Both the position numbers and the translations under genes were made by a program. The notes below the pieces were generated by a model. The model did no database searches and was not told the origin of the DNA. It saw only the letters and a program-made list of their open reading frames with translations. A DNA stretch of 64,000 nucleotides from a virus (taxonomy: Duplodnaviria > Caudoviricetes): IMG/VR virus record IMGVR_UViG_3300028920_000023. One strand, given 5' to 3'. Shown here piece by piece: positions 48,128-59,865 of this stretch (position 1 is the first letter of the stretch; every line of letters begins with the position of its first letter).

Positions 48128-49636
48128 ATGAAAATTATTACTTCTGATGGTTCAGTATTATCTGGGGAAATAGGACCAACCGGTCCTCTTGGACCAACCG
48201 GACCAGAAGGACCACTAAACCAAAACCCAACACTAGAAAGCCTCACTTTATTCAGCAACGCCCCATCCCTACTCATACAAGAAGATAATACCTCTCCAGG
48301 ATGGGAATTAACAAGTAATAATGGCAACTTACAAATAAACAATCTGACAGACAGTACAAACCCAGAAACAGTATTGCAAGCCAGCACTGACAGCATAATA
48401 ACACTCCACAACGCTACCAATGGAACATTCTTAATCGGTGGAACCACACAGCCAGATGCAACGTTTGGAACAGTACTACAAATAGAAAACGATCAAACAG
48501 CAGCAAACTCCCTAATATTCCGTAAAGACACGAGCGGAACAGAACAAACCGTAGGCAGGATTGTAGCTAAAAGTGGAAATTCCTTGGCCTCGTATGATCG
48601 TCTAGCCCAAATTGATTTCGCTCAGGACGCCGCAGACAACAGCACGGGGATGATGTTATTCTATACTGGTGGGGCAGGCGGTACCTTCACCGAGAAAATG
48701 CGGATTGATTCTGACGGTTTTCTAGGATTAGGAGTTGCTCCAGAATCGGATATTAACACCAATTTCAAAGCACTCCGAATAGGCTCCAGATTAATTGTCC
48801 AATATGATGAATCTGGTGATTATTGCGGGTTAATGTATAACCGCTATCGTGCTGCCTCGTCATGGGCAAGTATGGAAACTGGGGTAGGTGCGTGGCATCA
48901 CTTTGAAGCTAACGGGGCGCAAACATTTGGATATTTTGCATCGGGTAGCGGCGATGCGGTAAACCGCATGGTTATTGATGAGAACGGACACTTAACGAAT
49001 TATAGTAATATATATGCAAGTAGCACAGGTACAGATTGTGCTATTGTATCAACGGATGGTGCGACAAATGCAAACGAACTTATCATGTACTTCAACCATT
49101 CTAGCAGCCGTGCAGAAATTATTGCGGTACAGCAAAACGTAGGATATCGCGCACTCTGGCTAAATCCAAACGGATCTGGTGTTGTGATCGGTAATCCTAC
49201 AGGTGGTGACAAAGGAACAGGTACATTAAATGCGCAAGGAGTATACGATGACAATGTTCTGTTGACATGTTACGTAGGAGAAGCCTACGCCACAGGAGAT
49301 ATCAACATAGCCAAATGGGATGCTTTAGTCCCAGACCAAACCGATACAGATGTAAATGGAGTAGAACGCACAATAAAGAAGACTCATGAGAGAGCACGTT
49401 ATATAAAAGATAATCTCTGGATGTTAGATCCTCGGAAATACGGAGATTTCTTTAAAGAAAAAAGACATCTAGCAGGCATGCCAAGTTTCGAAACCTGGAA
49501 GCACGGCGACATGCCTATCGGAGACCTAACATGCCGATTATGGGAATGCTGTGAATTATTAACTGTGCATATCCATAAATTAGAATCACAAATAACAGAA
49601 TTAAAGACAGAAATAGAAAAATTAAAAGCATCCTAA
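48128..49636 (+). CDS. Tail fibre protein with C-terminal chaperone-type domain
   Basis: AAGGAG RBS; shared PLNQNPTLESLTLFS module; GNPTGGDKGTGTLNAQGVYDD...LWECCELLTVHIHKL coiled-coil end. Confidence 0.8.
   Translation: MKIITSDGSVLSGEIGPTGPLGPTGPEGPLNQNPTLESLTLFSNAPSLLIQEDNTSPGWELTSNNGNLQINNLTDSTNPETVLQASTDSIITLHNATNGTFLIGGTTQPDATFGTVLQIENDQTAANSLIFRKDTSGTEQTVGRIVAKSGNSLASYDRLAQIDFAQDAADNSTGMMLFYTGGAGGTFTEKMRIDSDGFLGLGVAPESDINTNFKALRIGSRLIVQYDESGDYCGLMYNRYRAASSWASMETGVGAWHHFEANGAQTFGYFASGSGDAVNRMVIDENGHLTNYSNIYASSTGTDCAIVSTDGATNANELIMYFNHSSSRAEIIAVQQNVGYRALWLNPNGSGVVIGNPTGGDKGTGTLNAQGVYDDNVLLTCYVGEAYATGDINIAKWDALVPDQTDTDVNGVERTIKKTHERARYIKDNLWMLDPRKYGDFFKEKRHLAGMPSFETWKHGDMPIGDLTCRLWECCELLTVHIHKLESQITELKTEIEKLKAS
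48197..48369 (+). repeat. Dispersed repeat: shared fibre N-terminal module (copies at about 44180-44335 minus and 61611-61786 plus)
   Basis: Near-identical peptide QNPTLESLTLFSxAPSLLIQEDNTSPGWELTSxNGNLQINNLTDST in three genes; the 48.2 and 61.6 kb DNA copies are visibly highly similar. Confidence 0.9.
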
Positions 49637-49671
49637 CAGATAAATAATCCTAAACACCTAAGGAGTCCAAC

Positions 49672-51294
49672 ATGAACGCCATAGTCATAATTTGTATCGG
49701 AAAAGCCCATCAGCAATTCTACCAAATATCAAAACCAACAATAGAAGCATACGCAAGAAAAGTAGGAGCAGAACTAATAGAAATAACAGAACAAACAACA
49801 AACACAATAAGCCCACACTTCGAAAAATTCCAAATCTACGACCTCCTCATAAAATACCAACGAATCCTATACTTAGACATAGACCTCATCATAAGAGACG
49901 ACTGCCCAAACCTCTTCGAACTAGTACCAGAAGACAAAATCGGGCTCTTCGACGAAAGCCCACACAAAAACCACATCCGGCACATGGTAGAAGCAAGCCA
50001 AACCTACAAAATCAAAATCGAAAAAGACTACGACGGATCCTACTACAACACCGGCGTATTCATCCTCTCCAGAATGCACCGAGACCTATTCCAACCACCA
50101 ACCATACAAAGCATCCACAACCACCAAGACCAAAGCTACCTCAACCTAAAAATCCAACAAACACACACCCGAGTCCACAAACTACACCACAGACTCAACA
50201 GAACACCAATCGTAGACGAAACCACCGGAGACCACAGACTAAACGCCCACATCATCCACTACGCAGGAATATTACAAAACGCACAGAGAGTAATGCACAA
50301 CGACCTCCAAAGATGGAAACAAGGCGAAACACAAATACAACCAAAAGCCATACTAGCAATAGGAGCAAGACTAGGCGACATAACCTGCGCAGAACCAATA
50401 ATCAGATATCTAGCCACAAAACAATACCCAGAATATGAAATAACAATCTTAAGCAATCAACCAAGAATATTCGCACATCTAGGCCAAAGAGCCACACTAG
50501 CCACCTTCGAAGGACATAAACGAGACCCCGACCAAGCATACCTCATCAAAAACATAATGCTACCCCAAGAACACCCCATATGGCAATACATGACAGCCAA
50601 TAACATGCACACCGTAGACTGGATGGCAATAAACTGCCTCAAACACACACTACCAGACCAAGACAAACAAATACAACTAGCAGCAAGCCCACAAGGCAAC
50701 CAAGAAATAGACGAAATATTCATACAATACGGCTACAAACCAGAAGAAACAATCCTAATACACCCAGGACGAAGCTGGGCATCCAAAACATTCCCAGCAC
50801 GATACTGGAACAAAATCATCAACGGACTAATCAAAAAAGGACACAAACCAGTAATCATAGGAAAAGACATAACAGAAAAAATCCAAGGCAAAAAACTACC
50901 CAACCTAGGAACAGTAGAAGGACTCGAAATACCAGAAAACACCCCAGACCTAAGAAACCTACTCTCCATAGACAGCCTCATCTCAATAATATCCAGAGCA
51001 CCAATCCTAATATCAAACGACTCCGCACCCATCCACATAGCCGGAGCATTCAACAACCACATAATACTAATACCAACCTGCAAACACCCCGACTTCATAC
51101 TCCCATGGAGAAACGGAAGCAAATACCACAAAGCACAAGCACTATACAACCAACCCATGTGGGAAGCACCCTGCAAAAGCCCACAAAACACACTCAATTA
51201 TGAACTAGAAACAATACCAGAAGGACACAACATCCTAGAATACCTCCCAGACCCCAGCAAAATCATCAAAACAGCAGAAGAGATCACCAAATGA
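49672..51294 (+). CDS. GT8-like plus GT9-like glycosyltransferase fusion
   Basis: ILYLDID, YNTGV, DQSYLN, IIHYAG; then RLGD...HPGRSWASKTFP...ISNDSAPIHIAGAF. Confidence 0.85.
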   Translation: MNAIVIICIGKAHQQFYQISKPTIEAYARKVGAELIEITEQTTNTISPHFEKFQIYDLLIKYQRILYLDIDLIIRDDCPNLFELVPEDKIGLFDESPHKNHIRHMVEASQTYKIKIEKDYDGSYYNTGVFILSRMHRDLFQPPTIQSIHNHQDQSYLNLKIQQTHTRVHKLHHRLNRTPIVDETTGDHRLNAHIIHYAGILQNAQRVMHNDLQRWKQGETQIQPKAILAIGARLGDITCAEPIIRYLATKQYPEYEITILSNQPRIFAHLGQRATLATFEGHKRDPDQAYLIKNIMLPQEHPIWQYMTANNMHTVDWMAINCLKHTLPDQDKQIQLAASPQGNQEIDEIFIQYGYKPEETILIHPGRSWASKTFPARYWNKIINGLIKKGHKPVIIGKDITEKIQGKKLPNLGTVEGLEIPENTPDLRNLLSIDSLISIISRAPILISNDSAPIHIAGAFNNHIILIPTCKHPDFILPWRNGSKYHKAQALYNQPMWEAPCKSPQNTLNYELETIPEGHNILEYLPDPSKIIKTAEEITK

Positions 51295-52574
51295 AAACAG
51301 CACTAATGACACTAACAATCGGAACATACTTCAGAAGTATGTCCATAACAGCACACAAATATATGCAAGCCTACGCCCACAAAATAGGCGCAGACTTCAT
51401 CGACATAGACGAAAGCCAATACTCACACTGCCACTACGACAAATTCAGAATATACGAACTATTAGAACAATACGACAGAATAATATACCTAGACGGAGAC
51501 ATCCTAATAACACCCGAAAGCCCCAACCTATTTGACATCGTACCCCAAGACAAATTCGGTGCCCTATACGAAGGAAAATACGCCACCGACGAAGAACGAC
51601 AAAAACACCACCAAGTAATACTCAAAGCAAGCCAAGAACACGAAATACAACTACCAGAAAACTACAAATTCATAAACGCAGGAATAATGATCATATCAAA
51701 ATGCCACAGAGAATTATTCGCACCACCACAAAAAATCGTCCATATGGAATACGGCGACCAACCACTAATGGTACTAAGAATAGCAAACAGTAACACAGAA
51801 ATATTCGACATCGGACCAGACCTCAACAGAATGCCATACCTAGACAGACTAGGAAAACCAAGAACAGAAAGCCACATCATACACTACGCAGGACTAAACA
51901 ACCCACACGAACTAATGAAAAGAGACATACACCACATAGAGAACGAAACAGGACCGAAAATAATCTACGTCCTAAACATCAACAACTACATGCCAAAATT
52001 ATGCGAAATAACCATACCAAGTATACAAGCCTATGCAGATAGAATCGGAGCAAGACTTCACATAATAACAGAAAGACAATATCCAGAATGGCCAATCGTC
52101 TATGAGAAAACCCAATTATGGGACCTAGGAAAAGACAACGAATGGACAATCTTCATAGACGCAGACGTAATAATCGGAAAAGACCTACCAGACCTGACAG
52201 AATACATGGGGCTAAACGAAGTAGGAATGCACATGTCCTACGACTACGATAAACACCTCCCAAGCGATTATCTCGTAAACAAAGACAGAAGGAACATCGG
52301 AATCGTCGGCAGCTTTCTCGTAACCCATAAAACATGCCATAGAATATGGGAACCATTCGAAGAAACAGTCCACAACATAAAAAGAAGACTAGCCTGCAAT
52401 GAGACAAAAGACCACCTAATACACGAATACAAACTCAGCAGAAACCTAGCAAGATACGGCTTTAAACACAGAGGAATAACAGAAATAAGCGACGACTTCC
52501 TACACTTAAGTGCCACAGTAGAAGACAACGACACACTAGGAAGAGCTAGAGAATTCGCAGAAAGAAGATGCTAA
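51291..52574 (+). CDS. Tandem GT8-like glycosyltransferase
   Basis: IIYLDGD, INAG, DQP, IIHYAG; second domain EKTQLW...IFIDAD. Confidence 0.8.
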   Translation: MKTALMTLTIGTYFRSMSITAHKYMQAYAHKIGADFIDIDESQYSHCHYDKFRIYELLEQYDRIIYLDGDILITPESPNLFDIVPQDKFGALYEGKYATDEERQKHHQVILKASQEHEIQLPENYKFINAGIMIISKCHRELFAPPQKIVHMEYGDQPLMVLRIANSNTEIFDIGPDLNRMPYLDRLGKPRTESHIIHYAGLNNPHELMKRDIHHIENETGPKIIYVLNINNYMPKLCEITIPSIQAYADRIGARLHIITERQYPEWPIVYEKTQLWDLGKDNEWTIFIDADVIIGKDLPDLTEYMGLNEVGMHMSYDYDKHLPSDYLVNKDRRNIGIVGSFLVTHKTCHRIWEPFEETVHNIKRRLACNETKDHLIHEYKLSRNLARYGFKHRGITEISDDFLHLSATVEDNDTLGRAREFAERRC

Positions 52575-54157
52575 TTCCAATCATTAAGCATATTACGAAT
52601 CTCATTACATACAACATCAACCTCAGGCAAATAATCCATAATATCACCATTCACCCAGTCAATATCCTGGCCATGCACCATAGTAGGACGAGAATCGATA
52701 TCGGCACAAACCAACCGCTTATATAAAGACGCAGACTTATAAGTCTGATGACCATACCTATACGGAATAACATGATCAGGAGCCTTGCAAGTCGGAATCA
52801 ATGCAATATAATTATCAAAAGCACCAGCAATATGAACCGGAGCAGAATCATTAGTCAACAACACCTTAGCCTTGCTAACTAGAGCAAAAATACCACCCAA
52901 AGACAATAAATTGATTGTATTAATCACATCGGAAGGAATATTATCAAGCTTCACAACACCCTGCTCATCAGAAATATGTTTACCAATTAAAATAACCCGA
53001 CCGACCTTAGACAACTCGCGAACAACCTCTTCCCAATATTCCTTAGGAAAAGTCTTAGAAGGCCAACCCCTACCAGCATGAACCAAAACACAATTATCAA
53101 AATCCAAATCAGAACCAACTACCTTCTCAAGCTCCTCATAATCTTCCTTAAGAACCTTCAATTTAATATGCTTACAATCATTCGGAATAGTCCCCCTCAG
53201 ACTCATGACACTGCTGTAGTCCGTCGTATGCATCTGATTAGGAGAAACATAACGCCAAGACGGACAACCATGCTTGGCCATCGTATGAATCTCGTAATAT
53301 GAGGTATCATCTTTGGGCTTGAAGGTGCCCATATCGTACACCGGAACAGGAAGATGCATAAACGCCCTGGGATACCAAGTAGTCACGTGTATTCTAGCAT
53401 CTGGATAAGCTTTTTCAATAATATAACGGATTACGGGTTCAGCGCAAATCTGATCACCTAAACCTCCATGAACCTGGACATTAATATTAAAAGGATAATC
53501 TGATAAATTGCTTCTCCAAGAAGCCAAATCTTTCTCGACAAGGTTAAAAACAGTTCCAATATTTGGACAACCAGCATAATGAACAATATAACTTGCTAAC
53601 CTATGCTTACCGACGAAATCTAGAACCGTCATCCTATTAAAATTATACTCAAGTTCAAATATTTCAACTTTAGATTTCTTGAACATTAAATTTAGAAATG
53701 ATTGCTCATAAAAATTGCTAATTTCATTCATAGGCTTTACAAACAAATGTTTATGACACCTAGAAATGACAAGAACGCCAGTATTGTAATAATCATTATC
53801 CCAATTTAGTTGTACATTATATTGCTGTTTAATAGCTTGGATAGCACCAGAACGGTCAGCGAATCTTCCTTCATTAAAGGCACCCAATTTATCTTCTGGA
53901 ACGATATCAAACAAATTCGGACAATCTTCTCTAACAATTAAATCTGTATCCATATAGATAATTCTATGGTAGACGTTTAGATAATAATATATCTGGAATT
54001 TTTCGAAATGTGGTGTAGTTTGTGAGATCTGTTGTTGATCAATAACAATAAAATCGGCACCAATTCTCTTGGCATAGGCTTCCAGAGTAGGATGCGTCAG
54101 TTTTGCTAAAGACTGATGATTCTGACCAATTGCGATCGTTATTATTGCTGTTTTCAT
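52571..54157 (-). CDS. GT8-like plus GT9-like glycosyltransferase fusion (paralogue of 49672)
   Basis: FEKFQIY, IIYMDTD, YNTGV, IVHYAG; GGLGDQICAEP, GWPSKTFP, TNDSAPVHIAGAF. Confidence 0.85.
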   Translation of the reverse strand: MKTAIITIAIGQNHQSLAKLTHPTLEAYAKRIGADFIVIDQQQISQTTPHFEKFQIYYYLNVYHRIIYMDTDLIVREDCPNLFDIVPEDKLGAFNEGRFADRSGAIQAIKQQYNVQLNWDNDYYNTGVLVISRCHKHLFVKPMNEISNFYEQSFLNLMFKKSKVEIFELEYNFNRMTVLDFVGKHRLASYIVHYAGCPNIGTVFNLVEKDLASWRSNLSDYPFNINVQVHGGLGDQICAEPVIRYIIEKAYPDARIHVTTWYPRAFMHLPVPVYDMGTFKPKDDTSYYEIHTMAKHGCPSWRYVSPNQMHTTDYSSVMSLRGTIPNDCKHIKLKVLKEDYEELEKVVGSDLDFDNCVLVHAGRGWPSKTFPKEYWEEVVRELSKVGRVILIGKHISDEQGVVKLDNIPSDVINTINLLSLGGIFALVSKAKVLLTNDSAPVHIAGAFDNYIALIPTCKAPDHVIPYRYGHQTYKSASLYKRLVCADIDSRPTMVHGQDIDWVNGDIMDYLPEVDVVCNEIRNMLNDWN

Positions 54158-55002
54158 AGATTAGGACCAATAGGACCGGATTTAAGATGCTTTTCCCAGA
54201 AACGAGCGTTACCAGTTATGTTCTGCCAAATCTCGTTTTTAAAAACAGTGTCATCAAAACAATTTTGCCATGATGAGGGTTGTGGTTTTACCTTGGGTCT
54301 TATCTTGTGTAAGTTCTTAAAACCATGCACATCATCGTCTTCATGTGTTATTTGTTCTACATTATCAAAATCATGGTCATAAGGTTCTTCTCCTAGAAAT
54401 TCGTAAATGCATTCCATCGTGTTTTCTGGACTATTTGTCAATTTTTCATAATCAACAAAATACATATGATTAAGCCAGCCACGAAGAATAGAATCATTAA
54501 TAGCATTAAATGCCCTTCCGATAGGCTCACCATCGGAAATGAAAACTCTAATTCTATTTAATGCTATTCTCATCTTAAGAGGATCATCATCCTGCGGAAT
54601 ACGACCCAAAGCTGAGGTCATTCTGAATAATTTCTCAAAGGAGGTAATAACGTCCCTAAGGTCTCTAACCGTGACCAGACATTTAAAATCACCTATTAGG
54701 GCTTGAGCTAATTCAAAGAATGAGGGCCAGCCTCTGTTCTTGTCGAAACAGACTGGTTTATCGGTGTGTTGGAAAGATGCCTGTAGAACGGCATTTAGGA
54801 CGTTTTCTTTGACTTTTTCACAAAGGTCGTTGTCCCATGCTTTGAACATGGGGTTGGTATTCCAGGTGTTTTTCATCTGGACAAGTAAGTCTAACGTACC
54901 CGAGGATGGTGTTACGTAGAACTTTGGATTTTGTCCCAGGATATTCATAAGCAGGGTTGACCCACTACGGGGCAACCCTGATACTAGGTGTATTGTTTTC
55001 AT
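54154..55002 (-). CDS. PAPS-dependent sulfotransferase
   Basis: SGLPRSGSTLL 5'-PSB loop, DKNR, VRDLRDVITSF 3'-PB, VDYEKL. Confidence 0.85.
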   Translation of the reverse strand: MKTIHLVSGLPRSGSTLLMNILGQNPKFYVTPSSGTLDLLVQMKNTWNTNPMFKAWDNDLCEKVKENVLNAVLQASFQHTDKPVCFDKNRGWPSFFELAQALIGDFKCLVTVRDLRDVITSFEKLFRMTSALGRIPQDDDPLKMRIALNRIRVFISDGEPIGRAFNAINDSILRGWLNHMYFVDYEKLTNSPENTMECIYEFLGEEPYDHDFDNVEQITHEDDDVHGFKNLHKIRPKVKPQPSSWQNCFDDTVFKNEIWQNITGNARFWEKHLKSGPIGPNL

Positions 55003-55006
55003 GTTA

Positions 55007-56650
55007 TTATGTACTTGCGATATAGTCCAAACCAATTCTGTTAGTGGGCAAGAAACTCGGGTCTAAATTAATTCCGGCTATATTACTGTTCCAGTACAAT
55101 TTATCGTTCTCCTGAATATCCCCAATAGCTCTTACTGATGGCGAGAACTGATTAAAAGACATTGCCACGGACGTTGGACTTGATCTGTTTTGTATTGTAT
55201 TATCACCTAATCGACCAGGATATCCGTAGGCATTATTAGTATTAGAATTATTTCCCCAATTCCAGACAGAACCATCTTCCTTAACCAAACAGGAAGCAGT
55301 GCAATCTGTATTGAAGAAAGAATGATTGCCAACCACACTAACAGGACTTGTTCTAACCAATATAGTATTATCCCCTACGCTATCATAAACGCCGTATACG
55401 GGATGCGCAACATCATATTTATTCTCACCCCAAGCCCAAACCTCACCATTGGCCTTCAACCCAGATATCGTGTTAGTTAAACTACTCATTACCCTAATAA
55501 ACGAATGATTACCAGCTACACTAACGGGGCTAGATTCTTTCGCATACCCATTACCAAGACCTGCCTGACCAGCAAGACCACCAGCCCAAGTCCATGCGCT
55601 CCCATCAGCCTTAAGACCAATCATTGCTCTACCACCAGCGATCTGAACAAAAGCATGATCACCATGCACACTGGTAGGGCTAGACCTATTAATAGGAGTT
55701 TCATCACCAACTATATAATATCCATTATCCTGTCTGCCCCACCCCCAAGCAGAACCATCGGCCTTCAAAGCAAGAAAACCATCTATAAAACCATGCGTGA
55801 CCTGAATAAACGAATGATTACCTATAACACTAGTAGGACTAGATTTATTTGTAATTGTACCATCACATACTACACCATAATAATTAAAGCCCCAAGCCCA
55901 AACAGTACCATCAGCCTTCAAACCAATATTAGTCTGATAACCAGCAACCACAGATATAAAAGAATGATTACCAACAACACTTACAGGACTAGATTTATTA
56001 TCAGGAGTATTATCGCCCAATTGACCACTATCATTAGTACCCCAACTCCAAGCAGTACCATCAGCCTTCAACGCAACAGTATGATATTTACCCATACCAC
56101 CAAAAGATACAAAAGAATGGTTACCAACAACACTCACAGGACTAGAAACATTATCAGCAGCATTATTACCCAACTGCCCCACATTATTAAGGCCACTCAT
56201 CCAAATACCACCAGTATAACCATCTAATACAGTCAAATTATTAGCAGACAAAGCAACCTTAGAATTGGTAAAATAATTAAAAGAATCAGGACTAAAGAAA
56301 CAATCTTTAGTCTTAACACCATCACCAAGAGTCCTCTGAATACCATTCAAAGTAACATTCACATAATCAGCCGGAGTAGAACCAATCTGCACACCAGTAT
56401 TCTGCTGATCACCAGAAATAAAAGACGTAACCTTAGTAGTCTCACTAACCAACCCACCACGACCAATCGGACCAGTAGGACCAGTAGGACCAGTCGGACC
56501 AGTAGGACCAGCAGAACCAGCAGGACCAGTCGGACCAGCCACAGCAGGACCAGTAGGGCCAGTAGGGCCGGTAGGGCCAGTCGGGCCAGTAGGACCAATT
56601 ACACCTTGTGGTCCAAGAAAAACACCATCAGTAATCGATGAACCAGCCAT
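55007..56650 (-). CDS. Collagen-like plus RCC1-repeat protein 1
   Basis: (GPT)n; [21 protein letters not shown] and [12 protein letters not shown] repeats. Confidence 0.88.
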   Translation of the reverse strand: MAGSSITDGVFLGPQGVIGPTGPTGPTGPTGPTGPAVAGPTGPAGSAGPTGPTGPTGPTGPIGRGGLVSETTKVTSFISGDQQNTGVQIGSTPADYVNVTLNGIQRTLGDGVKTKDCFFSPDSFNYFTNSKVALSANNLTVLDGYTGGIWMSGLNNVGQLGNNAADNVSSPVSVVGNHSFVSFGGMGKYHTVALKADGTAWSWGTNDSGQLGDNTPDNKSSPVSVVGNHSFISVVAGYQTNIGLKADGTVWAWGFNYYGVVCDGTITNKSSPTSVIGNHSFIQVTHGFIDGFLALKADGSAWGWGRQDNGYYIVGDETPINRSSPTSVHGDHAFVQIAGGRAMIGLKADGSAWTWAGGLAGQAGLGNGYAKESSPVSVAGNHSFIRVMSSLTNTISGLKANGEVWAWGENKYDVAHPVYGVYDSVGDNTILVRTSPVSVVGNHSFFNTDCTASCLVKEDGSVWNWGNNSNTNNAYGYPGRLGDNTIQNRSSPTSVAMSFNQFSPSVRAIGDIQENDKLYWNSNIAGINLDPSFLPTNRIGLDYIAST

Positions 56651-56658
56651 GAGTCACC

Positions 56659-58233
56659 TCAGACAAAGTAATTGAAATCAACCCTATCAGTCGTAGACAA
56701 GCCAACACCGGAAATATTACTATTATAATACAAATAATCATTAGCGCTTATATCAGCATGGGCTCTAGGCGGTGCAGTAAAAGGGAAACTCTGCACAGCA
56801 GACGCCGGAGTAGATCTATCATTAACATCATTAGTGCCAAGTCTACCATTCGAATTATTGCCCCAACCCCATGGAATACCATCACTATCTAAACCACCCA
56901 TCATAGCAATATCAACAAAGGTATGAAAACCGGATACCAAAACAGGGCTGGTCCTAGTTAATGTAGTACCATCACCAGCAGAATCATCATTATAGGGCTT
57001 ACCCCAAGCCCAAAGCTGACCACCAAACTTCAAACCAGTCATAATACCACGAGGACCACTAGCTATCTTAATAAACGAATGTCCACCAACCACACTAGTG
57101 GGGCTACTTCTAGGATTCGAGGTACCATCACCAACAGTATCATTCAAACCACCCCAAGCCCAAACAGAACCATCAGACTTCAAACCAGCCGAAATAACAC
57201 CGCCAGCAATTTGTGTAAAGACATGATCACCAACCACACTAGTGGGACTACTGCGAGGGTTCGTAGTACCATCACCCAAAAACGGACGTGTAGCATCCTG
57301 AAAACCCCAAGCCCACACAGTGCCACCGGATTTCAGGCCAGCAAATCCGGGGAAATCACTATAACCAAGGCCAACAATCTCTGAAAAAGCATGGTTCCCA
57401 ACAACCTGCCCTGGAGCATCTCCTGGACCGCCACCATTAAAATAAGTATTATTACCTAATTGCCCATACTTATTATTACCCCAAGAATAAGTATAACTTC
57501 CTTCTAATGCAACAATAGAATCACCAGCAGCAGCTACTCGATCAAAAGTGTGATCTCCACTTACGCTGGTAGGGCTCGACCTAGGAAAGGAAGGATCAAA
57601 TCCCCACCACCACGCAGCCCCTAAAGTATCTATAGCCACAGTATGCCTATAACCAACTGCAATATGAGAAAATTGAAAATCACCAATCACACTAACGGGA
57701 CTAAGTGACCCAATAAAATCAGTATAATCATTACCCAATTGACCATAATTATTCTTGCCAGTAGTCCAGACATAACCATAATTATTACCACCGGTCAGGA
57801 AAGCGCTATGATACTGGCCAAAGACAGCCTTACTCCAATAATAATTATTGCCAGAAGCAGGAGCAACAGAACTAAAGAAACAATCCGCATCTGCAGAAGC
57901 ATCACCAACCTCTTGCCGGACACCATTCAAAAAGACAGAAACAGCCTTGTGCGGATTATTTGAGATCTGTAAATTATTATTACTGTGAATATTAGGATAA
58001 GTAGTATTGGCACCAGGAGACAGATCCTTGTCATCCTTCGTAAACAAATAACCAGAGCCCGTAGGACCAGTCAAACCAGGGCCAGTAGGCCCTGTCGTTT
58101 GAGGACCAGTTGGGCCAGTCGGGCCGGTAGCGCCTACGGGGCCAGTAGGACCAGTAGGACCACCCAAACCAGGACCAGTCGGACCAGTCGGGCCAGCAAA
58201 ACTATCACTATTTAATGAAGAGCCCATGGTCAA
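56659..58233 (-). CDS. Collagen-like plus RCC1-repeat protein 2
   Basis: (GPT)n; [11 protein letters not shown] and RSSPTSVVG repeats. Confidence 0.88.
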   Translation of the reverse strand: MTMGSSLNSDSFAGPTGPTGPGLGGPTGPTGPVGATGPTGPTGPQTTGPTGPGLTGPTGSGYLFTKDDKDLSPGANTTYPNIHSNNNLQISNNPHKAVSVFLNGVRQEVGDASADADCFFSSVAPASGNNYYWSKAVFGQYHSAFLTGGNNYGYVWTTGKNNYGQLGNDYTDFIGSLSPVSVIGDFQFSHIAVGYRHTVAIDTLGAAWWWGFDPSFPRSSPTSVSGDHTFDRVAAAGDSIVALEGSYTYSWGNNKYGQLGNNTYFNGGGPGDAPGQVVGNHAFSEIVGLGYSDFPGFAGLKSGGTVWAWGFQDATRPFLGDGTTNPRSSPTSVVGDHVFTQIAGGVISAGLKSDGSVWAWGGLNDTVGDGTSNPRSSPTSVVGGHSFIKIASGPRGIMTGLKFGGQLWAWGKPYNDDSAGDGTTLTRTSPVLVSGFHTFVDIAMMGGLDSDGIPWGWGNNSNGRLGTNDVNDRSTPASAVQSFPFTAPPRAHADISANDYLYYNSNISGVGLSTTDRVDFNYFV

Positions 58234-59864
58234 TCCTCAACGTAGTTTAAATCAACACGATCAGAAGGAGAAAGATCAAAACCCGCGATGTTGCTATTCC
58301 AATACAGATAATCATCTTTGCTAATATTATAAACAGACCTAGGTACAACAACAAAAGGATAGGAAGAATTCACAACTGTTATCGGACTATTAATACCCTC
58401 GTTAATATAACCATTTCCAATATTGCCATACTTATTATCACCCCATGCCCAAATCTGTCCATCATCCTTGACACCAACAGTAGAAGTTGGAACATTGGTG
58501 AAGCTATGATCACCAATTACACTAGTTGGACTACTTCTAGAATTGGAAGTATTATCACCTACGGAACCATAAGCCCACGAATAAATAAATTGCCCACCCC
58601 ACGACCATAACGATCCGTCAGCTTTCTTTCCACCAACAGTCTTGTTCCCACCGCCAAATACACTGACAAAACTATGTTCTCCGGCAACGGAAGTGGGACT
58701 AGAACGGCTATTTGTAGTATTATCACCTACACCAACACCGTAAGTGCCACTCCCACCCCAGCCCCAAACCGTTCCATCAGCCTTTAAGCCTAGAGAAATA
58801 AGAGTAGAGGCAATATCTATAAAACTATGATTTCCGATCACACTAACAGGGCTAGACCTATGATATTGAAAATCACTATAACCTTCACCCAAATTACCAT
58901 AATAATTAGCACCCCAACACCACGCAGTACCATCGGCTTTCAAAGCAACAAAATGATTAACACCATACTCAGCCCCACCAACAACCTTAATAAAACTATG
59001 GTTACCAATTACACTAGTAGGACTGCTCCTGGAATAAATAAAACCATTATACCCATCACCAATAATACCAGACTCATTAATACCCCAACACCAAACTGTC
59101 CCATCAGACCTCAGACCAGCCGCATTTCGATTTGTCCGAGTAACCTGAACAAAATTATGACCACCAACAACAGAAGTAGGACTAGAACGATTACTAGTAT
59201 CACCAACACCTAACTGACCATACGAATTAGAACCCCAAGCCCAAGCAGAACCATCAATCTTAATAGCCACCACACTACCATTATAAATACTACCACTAAC
59301 AAACCTATGACCACCAACAACACTAGTAGGACTAGTCCTATTGGTAGCATAACCATCACCAATAGCACCAGAATTACCTCGACCCATAACCCAAGCCGTG
59401 CCACCAACACCATTACTACTACCACCAGCAATAATCAACGTATTATATAAAGGCTTAAAAACCAAAGTCTCATATCTATAACCACTAAAATTATCAGAAG
59501 AAAAGAAAACATCCTTAGTCCTAACACCATCACCCACAACACGCTGAAAACCATTAATCAACGTACTAACATAACCACGAGGAGATCCACTAACCTGCAA
59601 CCCCGTATTCTGAGCATAACCACTAATAGTAGAAGAAACAGACAAATCCTTATCAATACTTACAAAACCACTACCAGGACCAGTAGGACCAGTAACTTCT
59701 GCACCCGTAGGACCAGTAGGACCAACAGCCGCCGTAGGACCCAAAGGACCAGTAACACCAGAACCAGTCGGGCCAGTAGGACCAGCAACAACCTCATCCG
59801 AAGGACCAGTAGGGCCAACCGGGCCAGGAGAACCAACAATATCAATAAAAATAGAAGAACCCAT
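58230..59864 (-). CDS. Collagen-like plus RCC1-repeat protein 3
   Basis: (GPT)n; [13 protein letters not shown] and [13 protein letters not shown] repeats. Confidence 0.88.
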   Translation of the reverse strand: MGSSIFIDIVGSPGPVGPTGPSDEVVAGPTGPTGSGVTGPLGPTAAVGPTGPTGAEVTGPTGPGSGFVSIDKDLSVSSTISGYAQNTGLQVSGSPRGYVSTLINGFQRVVGDGVRTKDVFFSSDNFSGYRYETLVFKPLYNTLIIAGGSSNGVGGTAWVMGRGNSGAIGDGYATNRTSPTSVVGGHRFVSGSIYNGSVVAIKIDGSAWAWGSNSYGQLGVGDTSNRSSPTSVVGGHNFVQVTRTNRNAAGLRSDGTVWCWGINESGIIGDGYNGFIYSRSSPTSVIGNHSFIKVVGGAEYGVNHFVALKADGTAWCWGANYYGNLGEGYSDFQYHRSSPVSVIGNHSFIDIASTLISLGLKADGTVWGWGGSGTYGVGVGDNTTNSRSSPTSVAGEHSFVSVFGGGNKTVGGKKADGSLWSWGGQFIYSWAYGSVGDNTSNSRSSPTSVIGDHSFTNVPTSTVGVKDDGQIWAWGDNKYGNIGNGYINEGINSPITVVNSSYPFVVVPRSVYNISKDDYLYWNSNIAGFDLSPSDRVDLNYVED

Positions 59865-59865
59865 A